Made by a program: the position numbers and the translations under genes. From Acidimicrobiia bacterium (GTDB taxonomy: Bacteria > Actinomycetota > Acidimicrobiia > IMCC26256 > PALSA-610), in assembly GCA_036501845.1 (NCBI GenBank), contig DASXZO010000036.1, forward strand, positions 90,318-154,317: a stretch of DNA of 64,000 bases, given 5' to 3'. The notes under the pieces are model-generated. The model searched no databases. It was not told the DNA's origin and saw only the letters and a list, made by a program, of their open reading frames with translations. Of this stretch, positions 17,676-25,434 are shown piece after piece. The stretch's first letter is position 1. Every line of letters starts with the position of its first letter.

Positions 17676-18272
17676 CTATCCGAGCTTGTCGAGCGCGAGG
17701 TTCACATCGAGCACGTTGACAACCGGTTCGCCGATGAACCCGAGCGCACGATCAGACGTGTGCTGGTGGACGATTCCCATCACCTGCGCAAGCGTAAGGC
17801 CACGCGCCTTGGCCACCCGCGCTGCTTGGAGCCGGGCGTTTGCGGGCGAGATGTCGGGGTCGAGACCCGAGCCCGACGAGGTCACGGCGTCGACCGGCAC
17901 GGCGTAGTTCGCCGGCAGTCCGTTGAAGGCGCGGTACGCCTTGGCGTCGGCCTCCACCGCGGCCAGGAGCTTGGGGTTCGACGGCCCGAGGTTCGACGCG
18001 GCACTGCCGTTGGCGTTGTACGGCGAATCGAGCGAGTCGGATGGGCGCGGCTGGAAGTAGCGGGGTTCGGGGTTGCCCTTGGCGTCGACGAACTGCTGGC
18101 CGATGAGCGACGAGCCAACGACCGTGCCCGCCTTGTCCTTCACGAGCGAGCCGTTCGCCTCGTGGTTGAACAGCAGTTCGGACGCGCCCGTGACTGCGAG
18201 CGGATAGACGAGACCGAGCAAGACCGTGAGCGCGATCGTCATCAGCAGCCCGGTGACGAGCTGGCGTTGCAT
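17676..18272 (-). CDS. kdpC: K+-transporting ATPase subunit C
   Basis: Track ORF of 198 aa. It has an N-terminal TM segment and the SGSGLDP.ISP motif. It abuts the kdpB stop. Confidence 0.9.
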   Translation of the reverse strand: MQRQLVTGLLMTIALTVLLGLVYPLAVTGASELLFNHEANGSLVKDKAGTVVGSSLIGQQFVDAKGNPEPRYFQPRPSDSLDSPYNANGSAASNLGPSNPKLLAAVEADAKAYRAFNGLPANYAVPVDAVTSSGSGLDPDISPANARLQAARVAKARGLTLAQVMGIVHQHTSDRALGFIGEPVVNVLDVNLALDKLG

Positions 18273-20393
18273 CTACTTCACCCCCATCGCGCTGATGATG
18301 AGGTCGATCAGCTTGATGCCGACGAACGGGGCGACGATCCCGCCGGCGCCGTAGATCAGCAGGTTGCGCCGCAGGATCGCGGCCGCGCCCATCGCTCGGT
18401 ACTTCACGCCACGGAGCGCGAGTGGGATCAGCATCACGATGATCAGCGCGTTGAAGATGACCGCCGACAGGATCGCCGAGTGCGGGTTGTTGAGCCGCAT
18501 GATGTTGAGCGTCTTCAACTGCGGAAACACGCCCTGGAACATCGCCGGGATGATGGCGAAGTACTTGGCGATGTCGTTCGAGATCGAGAACGTGGTGAGC
18601 GACCCCCGTGTGATCAGCAACTGCTTGCCGATTTCGACGATCTCGATGAGTTTCGTGGGATTCGAGTCGAGGTCGACCATGTTGCCGGCCTCTTTGGCGG
18701 CCTGCGTGCCGGTGTTCATGGCCACGCCCACATCGGCTTGCGCGAGCGCGGGCGCGTCGTTCGTGCCGTCGCCGGTCATGGCCACGAGGAAGCCGCCCTG
18801 TTGCTCCTTCTTGATCAGGGCCATCTTGTCTTCGGGGGTGGCCTCCGCAAGGAAGTCGTCGACGCCGGCCTCGTCGGCGATTGCGCGCGCGGTGAGCGGG
18901 TTGTCGCCGGTGATCATGATCGTGCGGATGCCCATGCGGCGCATCTCGTCGAAGCGCTCGCGCATGCCCTGCTTCACCGTGTCCTTGAGGTGAATCACAC
19001 CGAGCACACGCGTACTGCCGTCGCGACCCTCGGCAACCGTCAGCGGCGTGCCGCCGTTCGTGGCAATGCCCTCCACGATCGGCGCGAGGTCGGGCGGCAC
19101 GTGGCCGCTCTGCTCCTCCACCCAGCGCTGTACTGAATCGGCCGCCCCCTTGCGAATCTCGCGATGTCCCACACCTGGGTCGTCGAAGTCGATGCCCGAC
19201 ATCCGGGTCTGCGCGGTGAACGCCACGAGCTCGGCGCCTTCGATCTCCTGGGACTGCAGGCCGTAACGCTCCTCGGCGAGCGTCACGATCGAACGGCCCT
19301 CGGGGGTTTCGTCGGCGAGGCTCGACAGCAACACGGTCTCGGCGAGCTCCTGCTCGCTCACGCCACCCACGGGGATGAACTCCGCAGCCATGCGGTTGCC
19401 GTAGGTGATCGTGCCGGTCTTGTCGAGCAGCAGCGTGCTGCAGTCGCCTGCAGCCTCGACCGCGCGACCGCTCATGGCGAGCACGTTGCGCTGCACGAGC
19501 CGGTCCATTCCGGCAATGCCGATCGCCGACAGGAGCGCACCGATCGTGGTGGGGATCAGGCACACGAGCAACGCGACCAGCACCGTGATCGATTGCTGCG
19601 CGTGCGAATAGATCGCGAAGGGCTGCAGCGTCACCACCGCGAGCAGGAAGATGATCGTGAGCCCCGCGAGCAAGATGTTGAGCGCGATCTCGTTCGGTGT
19701 CTTCTGCCGGCTCGCGCCCTCGACCAACGCGATCATGCGATCGAGGAAGGTCTCGCCCGGCTTCGAGCTCACCTGCACCACGATCTGGTCCGACAGCACC
19801 CGCGTGCCACCGGTGACCGAGCAGCGGTCACCGCCCGACTCGCGAATCACCGGCGCCGATTCACCGGTGATGGCCGACTCGTCGACCGACGCGATCCCTT
19901 CCACGATGTCGCCGTCGCCCGGGATGAGCTGGCCCGCGTCGACCACGCAGAGATCGCCCACCTGGAGCTGGGTCGACGGCGTCGCCTTCACCGACCCGTC
20001 GCTCTGACGTACGTAGGCAACGGTCTCCGAACGCGTCTTGCGCAGCGTGTCGGCCTGGGCCTTGCCGCGACCTTCGGCGACCGCCTCGGCAAAGTTGGCG
20101 AACAGCACGGTGAACCACAGCCATACCGCGACGAGTGCGGCAAAGCCGTCGGTGTCGCGAATCGCGAGAAACGTGGTGAGCACACTGCCGATCTCGACGA
20201 CGAACATCACCGGATTGCGCGCCATCTGACGCGGATCGAGCTTGATCAACGCGTCGATCACGGCGCGCCGCACGATCTTCGGCTCGAACATCGACGCCGA
20301 CTTGCGCTTCGAATGCGAGCCGATTGCCGCCTGGTCGGCAGCCGGCGCTTCGGGGACCTCTTCGAGTGTGGTCTCGGTTGCCATCTCGCTCAC
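18273..20393 (-). CDS. kdpB: K+-transporting P-type ATPase subunit B
   Basis: Track ORF of 706 aa. The phosphorylation site DKTGTIT, MITGDN and [12 protein letters not shown] motifs are present. Confidence 0.95.
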   Translation of the reverse strand: MSEMATETTLEEVPEAPAADQAAIGSHSKRKSASMFEPKIVRRAVIDALIKLDPRQMARNPVMFVVEIGSVLTTFLAIRDTDGFAALVAVWLWFTVLFANFAEAVAEGRGKAQADTLRKTRSETVAYVRQSDGSVKATPSTQLQVGDLCVVDAGQLIPGDGDIVEGIASVDESAITGESAPVIRESGGDRCSVTGGTRVLSDQIVVQVSSKPGETFLDRMIALVEGASRQKTPNEIALNILLAGLTIIFLLAVVTLQPFAIYSHAQQSITVLVALLVCLIPTTIGALLSAIGIAGMDRLVQRNVLAMSGRAVEAAGDCSTLLLDKTGTITYGNRMAAEFIPVGGVSEQELAETVLLSSLADETPEGRSIVTLAEERYGLQSQEIEGAELVAFTAQTRMSGIDFDDPGVGHREIRKGAADSVQRWVEEQSGHVPPDLAPIVEGIATNGGTPLTVAEGRDGSTRVLGVIHLKDTVKQGMRERFDEMRRMGIRTIMITGDNPLTARAIADEAGVDDFLAEATPEDKMALIKKEQQGGFLVAMTGDGTNDAPALAQADVGVAMNTGTQAAKEAGNMVDLDSNPTKLIEIVEIGKQLLITRGSLTTFSISNDIAKYFAIIPAMFQGVFPQLKTLNIMRLNNPHSAILSAVIFNALIIVMLIPLALRGVKYRAMGAAAILRRNLLIYGAGGIVAPFVGIKLIDLIISAMGVK

Positions 20394-20399
20394 CGACTC

Positions 20400-22112
20400 C
20401 TAGAACTTTCCGACGAGGTGCTCGACGATCGGCCCCAGCGCGACCACCGGGAAGAACGTGAGCCCCACCACAACGATCACCACGCCCACGAGGAGGGCGC
20501 TGAACAGGGCGGTGCCAGTGGGGAACGTGCCCGCCGAAGCCGGCACCGGTTGCTTGCGGCCCAGTGAGCCGGCGATCGCGAGCACGGGGATCATCAACAG
20601 GTAGCGACCCACGAGCATGCAGATGCCGAGCGTGGTGTTGAACCATTGCGTGTTGCCGTTGAGGCCACCGAACGCGGACCCGTTGTTGTTCGACGCGCTC
20701 GTGAACGCGTACGTCATCTCGGTGAGGCCGTGCGGTCCGGTATTGCCGAGTGACGACGTGGCGGTTTTGAGCACGATCGAGATGCCGGCGAACACGAGGA
20801 TCGCGAGCGGCACCACGAGGATGTAGAGCACGACAAGCTTCATCTCGGCGGCTTGGATCTTCTTGCCGAGATACTCCGGTGTGCGGCCGACCATCAGGCC
20901 CGCGATGAACACGCTCAGCAGCGCGAAGATCAGCATGCCGTAGAGCCCCGACCCGGTGCCGCCGGGGTCGACCTCGCCGAACATCATGTTCACGAGCGCG
21001 GTACCGCCGCCGAGTGGGGTGAGGCTGTCGTGCGCGCAGTTGACCGCGCCGGTCGAAGTGCCTGTCGTGCTGGCGACGAACACACCGCAGCCCTGCGAAC
21101 CGAGCCGGGTCTCCTTGCCCTCCATGTTGCCGCCGCCCGAGTTCGCGCTCGTGGTCGACTGGGTGACCTGCGCGCTCGCGATCTTCGGGCTGCCGCGGCT
21201 CTCGAACGTCATCACCAGCGCCGCCGACGCGATCCAGAGCAGGAACATCGCTGCCAGCACCACCCAGCCCTGGCGCATGTCGCCCACGAGCTTGCCGAAC
21301 ATGAACGGGAACGAGAACGGGATGGCGAGCAGCAGCCAGATCTCGAGCACGTTGGTGAGGCCGTTCGGGTTCTCGTAGGGATGTGCCGAGTTGGCGTTGA
21401 GCGGGCCGCCGCCGTTCTCGCCGATCTCCTTGATGGCTTCCTGACTCGCGATCGGTCCCTGGGTGATTGTTTGGGTCTGGCCCGTGACCGTGTTGACCTT
21501 CTGCGGCGAGTGGAAGTTCTGGATCGCGCCCTGGCTGACGAGCACCAGCGCGAACACGAATGCCAGCGGCAGCAGCACTCGCGTGCACGTGCACACCAAG
21601 TCGACCCAGAAGTTGCCGATCGTGTTCGAACGCGTGCGGACGAGTCCGCGAATGAGCGCCACCGCGACCGCGGCGCCGGCCGCCGCCGACACGAAGTTGT
21701 GGAACGCGAGCCCGGCCATTTGCGTGAGATGGCTCACCGTGAGCTCGGGCACGTAGTTCTGCCAGTTCGTGTTCGTGAGGAAGCTCACCGCGGTGTTGAA
21801 CGACAGTCCGGCGGGCACCGCGCTCTGGTTCGCCGGGTTCAACGGCAGAAGGTTCTGCACACGCAACTGCGCGTAGAGGATCAGCACCGACACCGCGCTG
21901 AACGCAAGCAGCGAGAGCGCGTACACGTTCCAGCGCTGCTCCCGCTCCGCATCGACACCAGTGACGCGATAGATCGCGCGGTCGATGGGGCCGAACACCC
22001 GGTCGCCGGGCGCAGGACCGTTGGCGTACACCTTGGCGAGATACGTGCCGAGCAGCGGCGTCGACACTGCAAGCAGCGCGACGATCAGCAGCAGCTGGAG
22101 CCAACCACTCAT
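20400..22112 (-). CDS. kdpA: K+-transporting ATPase subunit A
   Basis: Track ORF 20400..22247. The KdpA N-terminus MSGWLQLLLIVALLAVSTPLLGTYLAKVY begins at ATG 22112, which overlaps the kdpF stop (ATGA). Confidence 0.9.
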   Translation of the reverse strand: MSGWLQLLLIVALLAVSTPLLGTYLAKVYANGPAPGDRVFGPIDRAIYRVTGVDAEREQRWNVYALSLLAFSAVSVLILYAQLRVQNLLPLNPANQSAVPAGLSFNTAVSFLTNTNWQNYVPELTVSHLTQMAGLAFHNFVSAAAGAAVAVALIRGLVRTRSNTIGNFWVDLVCTCTRVLLPLAFVFALVLVSQGAIQNFHSPQKVNTVTGQTQTITQGPIASQEAIKEIGENGGGPLNANSAHPYENPNGLTNVLEIWLLLAIPFSFPFMFGKLVGDMRQGWVVLAAMFLLWIASAALVMTFESRGSPKIASAQVTQSTTSANSGGGNMEGKETRLGSQGCGVFVASTTGTSTGAVNCAHDSLTPLGGGTALVNMMFGEVDPGGTGSGLYGMLIFALLSVFIAGLMVGRTPEYLGKKIQAAEMKLVVLYILVVPLAILVFAGISIVLKTATSSLGNTGPHGLTEMTYAFTSASNNNGSAFGGLNGNTQWFNTTLGICMLVGRYLLMIPVLAIAGSLGRKQPVPASAGTFPTGTALFSALLVGVVIVVVGLTFFPVVALGPIVEHLVGKF

Positions 22113-22201
22113 CAGAGCTTCTCTGGCGCGATCAGCGCGAACACGAGGTACGCGGCCACGAGGATCGACAGGATCAGTCCGAGCGCGTTGTCGTAACTCA
22201 T
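22112..22201 (-). CDS. kdpF: K+-transporting ATPase subunit F (29 aa)
   Basis: MSYDNALGLILSILVAAYLVFALIAPEKL is a single TM helix with the typical KdpF ending (..L..PEK.). It is embedded in a spurious longer track ORF (22112..22411). Confidence 0.8.
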   Translation of the reverse strand: MSYDNALGLILSILVAAYLVFALIAPEKL

Positions 22202-22395
22202 GACCCCGCCCCGACCACGACGGGGTCGCTGCCGTTGCCGTGGCCATCCGACTCCGCGGGCACCGCGTCGGGCTCGCGCCCGCTCACCACCGTGGCGGTT
22301 TCGTCGGGTCCGATGATCTTGTCGCACGCATGCACAAACAAGGTGGCGAGCGCGAAGAACGCCACGATGATCGCTACGTACACGATGTCGGCCAC
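22198..22395 (-). CDS. 65-aa single-TM protein translationally coupled to kdpF
   Basis: Track ORF reading (GTG)ADIVYVAIIVAFFALATLFVHACDKIIGPDETATVVSGREPDAVPAESDGHGNGSDPVVVGAGS. Third codon positions are GC-rich. GAAAGGGG lies upstream of the GTG. Its stop overlaps the kdpF ATG (ATGA). Confidence 0.55.
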   Translation of the reverse strand: MADIVYVAIIVAFFALATLFVHACDKIIGPDETATVVSGREPDAVPAESDGHGNGSDPVVVGAGS

Positions 22396-22407
22396 AAGAG
22401 GCCCCTT

Positions 22408-23148
22408 TCACCTGTCGTTCGATTGGCCCGCGAGCACGATTCCGAGCTCGTCGGCAAGCGTCACTGCCACGCGGCGCTGCTCCGCGGACGCGTGCGACTC
22501 GTCGCCGGGCTGCAACAGGAGCCGGCCGAGCTCGCGGCCACCTCCGAACACCGGGAGGGCCAGGCCGTTGCGGGGCAGCGCGAAGCCGTCGCCGTCGAAG
22601 CGCAGCACTGTTCCGGTGAGCGCGCCGCGCCGGCCGAGCTGGGCCGTCGTGAGTTCAGACGACCACGACGTTCGGTCGTCGCCGTCGTTGGGCGCGGCCA
22701 CGAACACGCAATCGTCGAGTGCGAGCATGCCGATGAGCTCGGCGCGCACCGCCGACACGATGTCTTCGCGCTCGGCACCTTGCGCGGCCAGCTCGGCCAC
22801 GCGGAAGAGCCGCTGCAGCTCGTTGCGCGCCGCTCGCGCGTTCCGTTCGACGCGGCGCGATCTGAGCCCGACCTCGGCGGTGATCAACGCGACCACCACG
22901 AAGAGCACGAGCGTGACCACGTCGGAGCCACTGTTGATCTTCAGCGACTGGTACGGGATGGTGAAGAAGAAGTCGAACACCATCGCCGCGATCACTGCGC
23001 CCGCCGCTCCGGCCCACCTTCCGCCGATCACGGCGGCTGCGAGCACGGGCAGCACCAACACGAGCGCCACGTTGGCGTTGTGGATGTGATCGCGGAACGG
23101 CACGAGGGCGACCGCCACCAAGAAGGCACCCGCGGCGCCGGCGGTCAC
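22408..23148 (-). CDS. kinase-less KdpD-like sensor core (DUF4118 TM block + GAF-like domain); start uncertain
   Basis: This is part of track ORF 22408..23409. VIGGRWAGAAGAVIAAMVFDFFFTIPYQSLKI is the DUF4118 hallmark. It is followed by a coiled region and a GAF-like segment collinear with the middle of KdpD (15029..17671). HisKA and HATPase domains are absent. GTG starts are possible at 23148 (GAGG upstream) or 23196. Confidence 0.7.
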   Translation of the reverse strand: MTAGAAGAFLVAVALVPFRDHIHNANVALVLVLPVLAAAVIGGRWAGAAGAVIAAMVFDFFFTIPYQSLKINSGSDVVTLVLFVVVALITAEVGLRSRRVERNARAARNELQRLFRVAELAAQGAEREDIVSAVRAELIGMLALDDCVFVAAPNDGDDRTSWSSELTTAQLGRRGALTGTVLRFDGDGFALPRNGLALPVFGGGRELGRLLLQPGDESHASAEQRRVAVTLADELGIVLAGQSNDR

Positions 23149-23312
23149 ACCGGCTACCTCACGACCGACGCTCTCCGCACGTCGCCACGTAGTCACGATT
23201 CGGTTGTACGACGCGCTCAGCCGTTTTCCATCCGGCTTTACGGCGAATTGACGGCGCCGAACGGCGTTTTTGCGCGACCTACACGCGCGTCGCGCCGCGA
23301 CAGGCCGTGGGG

Positions 23313-24347
23313 CTACACGTTGAAGCGGATCTCGAGCGTGTCGCCGTCGAGCACTTCGTATTCCTTGCCCTCGAGGCGGATCTTGCCCTGTTCCTTGGCC
23401 TTGGCCCACGAGCCGATCGTGAGCAGCTCGTCCCAGCGGATCACTTCGGCGCGGATGAATCCGCGCTGCAGGTCGCTATGGATCACGCCGGCGCATTCGG
23501 GCGCCTTGGCGCCGGCGCGGAAGGTCCACGCGCGCGATTCCTTGTCGCCGGTGGTGAGGAACGTGCGCCGTCCGAGCGCGTGGTAGGCCGCGCGAGCCAG
23601 GCGCGGGAGCACGCTCTCACCGATGCCGAATGTCTCGAGCATCTCGGGTCGGTCTTCGGGCGCGCACGACGCGATCTCGGCTTCGATCTCGATCGCCACC
23701 GCCAGCGCGTCGGCGCCGAACGGCGCCGCGATCGCGTCGGCGTCGCCGAGCTGCGACTCGTCGATTCCGAGCACCAGGAGCATCGACTTGTTCGTGAGCA
23801 GGAAGCACGGCACGAGCTGCGCGCGCACGTCGGCATCGAGGTCGCTCCGGAAGATCGGCACGCCGTCGCCAAGCGCGGCGTGGGCGCGCTCGAGCGCCGC
23901 CACTTCGGCCACGATCGCCTTGTCGCCGCTCTTGGCGGCGCGCCGCTGCTTGTCGAGCCGCTGTTCGACGGTCGCGAGGTCGGCCACCACCAGCTCGAGC
24001 TCGAGGCCTTCGAGATCGCCGCGCGGGTCGGCCGGACCGATCGCGCCGTCGTGGGCCCGCACCACGAAGCAGATCGCGTCGCAGTTCCGCAGTTCGCCGA
24101 GGAACTTCGCACCGAGGCCCTCCCCCGGCTTCGAACCCGGCGGGAGCGCGATATGGGCAAGCTGGAACCCGGTCGGCACCACTTTCTTCGATGCCGACAT
24201 CACCGCGAGCTGCGCGAGCCGCTCGTCGGCCACGTGCGCGATGCCCAGCGCCTTTTCGAACACGCCCGGGTCGGGCAGCCCGGTGAGCGCGCTGAACAAC
24301 AGGTTCGATCCCGCGTCCGACCAGCCGACGAGTCCGACGTTCTCCAT
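23313..24347 (-). CDS. YchF/OLA1-like protein with degenerate nucleotide-binding motifs
   Basis: Track ORF of 344 aa. The C-terminal TGS-type region is well conserved (RAWTFRAGAKAPECAGVIHSDLQRGFIRAEV...EGKEYEVLDGDTLEIRFNV). The N-terminal G-motifs differ from canonical YchF, e.g. GLVGWSDAGSNLLFSALT versus G.VGLPNVGKSTLFNALT. Confidence 0.8.
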   Translation of the reverse strand: MENVGLVGWSDAGSNLLFSALTGLPDPGVFEKALGIAHVADERLAQLAVMSASKKVVPTGFQLAHIALPPGSKPGEGLGAKFLGELRNCDAICFVVRAHDGAIGPADPRGDLEGLELELVVADLATVEQRLDKQRRAAKSGDKAIVAEVAALERAHAALGDGVPIFRSDLDADVRAQLVPCFLLTNKSMLLVLGIDESQLGDADAIAAPFGADALAVAIEIEAEIASCAPEDRPEMLETFGIGESVLPRLARAAYHALGRRTFLTTGDKESRAWTFRAGAKAPECAGVIHSDLQRGFIRAEVIRWDELLTIGSWAKAKEQGKIRLEGKEYEVLDGDTLEIRFNV

Positions 24348-24384
24348 CGCCTTCTACCGTAGGGCGGTTCTACGGTCGCGTCCG

Positions 24385-24683
24385 ATGCCACGACATCGGT
24401 CGTTCGGCGTCGCCACAGCCATCGTTGCGCCGATCGCCGTCTCGCTGATCGGCGGCCGCACCTCGGGGCTCGCGGCCGCGGCGTCGGCGGCGCTCCGTTC
24501 GACTTCTTCTTCACGAAGCCCTACTACTCGCTGTCGATCGCTTGCGGCACGGCGCTGCAAGGACGGTTCGTGATCGAGCTGGTCGGCGGAATGTCCGGGC
24601 TCGCGATCGACCCCGACCGCCGGGCCCAAGCCCTCGCGCTGGCCGACCAACCCGGCACCGCCCTCGCCGCACCTCCGAGCTGA
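24385..24683 (+). pseudogene. frameshifted DUF4118 remnant
   Basis: The frame starting at ATG 24385 reads MPRHRSFGVATAIVAPIAVSLIGGRTSGLAAAASAAL and then degenerates. A second frame from about 24492 reads APFDFFFTKPYYSLSIACGTALQGRFVIELVGGMSGL...* with stop at 24681-83. Joined, the two match the paralogue VIGGRWAGAAGAVIAAMVFDFFFTIPYQSLKI. A 1-nt indel is implied near 24485-24497. Confidence 0.55.
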
Positions 24684-24691
24684 CGCTCCGG

Positions 24692-24738
24692 CCGTTTGGC
24701 AATTTCGTTGGGAACGTGGCTGCGAAATTGCCAAACGG
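24692..24738. repeat. perfect 16-bp inverted repeat with 15-nt spacer
   Basis: CCGTTTGGCAATTTCG (24692-24707), spacer ttgggaacgtggctg, then CGAAATTGCCAAACGG (24723-24738). It is AT-rich relative to its context. It starts 9 nt after the pseudogene stop and ends about 45 nt before the bL37 ORF. Confidence 0.8.
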
Positions 24739-24783
24739 ATTCGGTTCGGAGGCGGAGGGGGTCAGCGGGTAGCGTGCTCGGCC

Positions 24784-24873
24784 GTGAGCAAGAAGTCGAA
24801 GATGCGCCGCCTCAACGCCAAGCGTAAGAAGGCGAACCACGGCAAGCGTCCGCTGGCCGGCAAGCGCTCCTGA
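24784..24873 (+). CDS. small basic ribosomal protein bL37-like (23-29 aa)
   Basis: (GTG)SKKSKMRRLNAKRKKANHGKRPLAGKRS*. The KKANHGKRP core matches actinobacterial bL37. An alternative start ATG 24802 gives 23 aa. It is too short for the ORF track. Confidence 0.6.
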   Translation: MSKKSKMRRLNAKRKKANHGKRPLAGKRS

Positions 24874-24927
24874 ATCTCCGCCTGCGCTCACTGTCCCTCT
24901 CGCGCCGATCTTCACCGGGTGCCACCC

Positions 24928-25434
24928 ATGGCTGACGTCGACGACGTCCACATACTCCCCGATCCCACGACGCACGAGCTGCTCCGCACGACGCTCGAGC
25001 GCGCCAACAAGGTGAGCAACCTGGCGCGCGCCGAGGCGCTGCGCCGCAACGTGTTCGCCGGGCGCGAGCTGCGCGAGCTGGTGAAGGACGTGGTGGAGAA
25101 GAACAAGCTGCACGACGCCTTCGTCACGCCGATCACCGAGCGCGTCGAGCAGTCACTCGAACGCCGCGCCGGCAAGCAGCCGAAGTTCTCCACCTACCAG
25201 TCGCTCACGCTTCCCGCCGGCGCGTTCAAGTGGAGCTCCGACGGCAAGGTCGCGCTCCCGACTGCGAAGGGCCGCCGCACGATCGCGGTGCGCGTCGACA
25301 CGGCACGTGGTGGTCTGCGACCGCCGCTCGAAGGTCGTCCGGCGATGATCGTGTTCCGCAACGGCCAGTTCGACCTGCTCGCGGCCGACGTCGATCGCAA
25401 CGTCTACGACGACGACGAAGACGACGAGGACTGA
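24928..25434 (+). CDS. 168-aa protein resembling the N-terminal (WED/REC) part of TnpB, with an acidic tail; no RuvC or Zn-finger region
   Basis: Track ORF 24919..25434, with ATG at 24928. VHILPDPTTHELLRTTLERANKVSN..., ...GKQPKFSTYQSLTLPAGAFKWSSDGKVALPTAKGRRTIAVRV... and ...GRPAMIVFRNGQFDLLAADV follow the TnpB N-terminal pattern from memory. It ends in NVYDDDEDDED. Confidence 0.4.
   Translation: MADVDDVHILPDPTTHELLRTTLERANKVSNLARAEALRRNVFAGRELRELVKDVVEKNKLHDAFVTPITERVEQSLERRAGKQPKFSTYQSLTLPAGAFKWSSDGKVALPTAKGRRTIAVRVDTARGGLRPPLEGRPAMIVFRNGQFDLLAADVDRNVYDDDEDDED

Noticed and set aside
14948-17719. A 923-aa plus-strand ORF, the longest in the track.
   Set aside because: It is exactly antisense to kdpD, whose product has every expected KdpD domain. 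The antisense translation is Arg/Ala/His/Asp-rich with no motif, a typical high-GC shadow ORF.
17752-22104. Long minus-strand ORFs 17752..19563 (603 aa) and 19861..22104 (747 aa).
   Set aside because: They are alternative frames of kdpC/kdpB/kdpA on the same strand. Their translations are Arg/Pro/His-rich nonsense, whereas the kdp frames show P-type ATPase and KdpA signatures.
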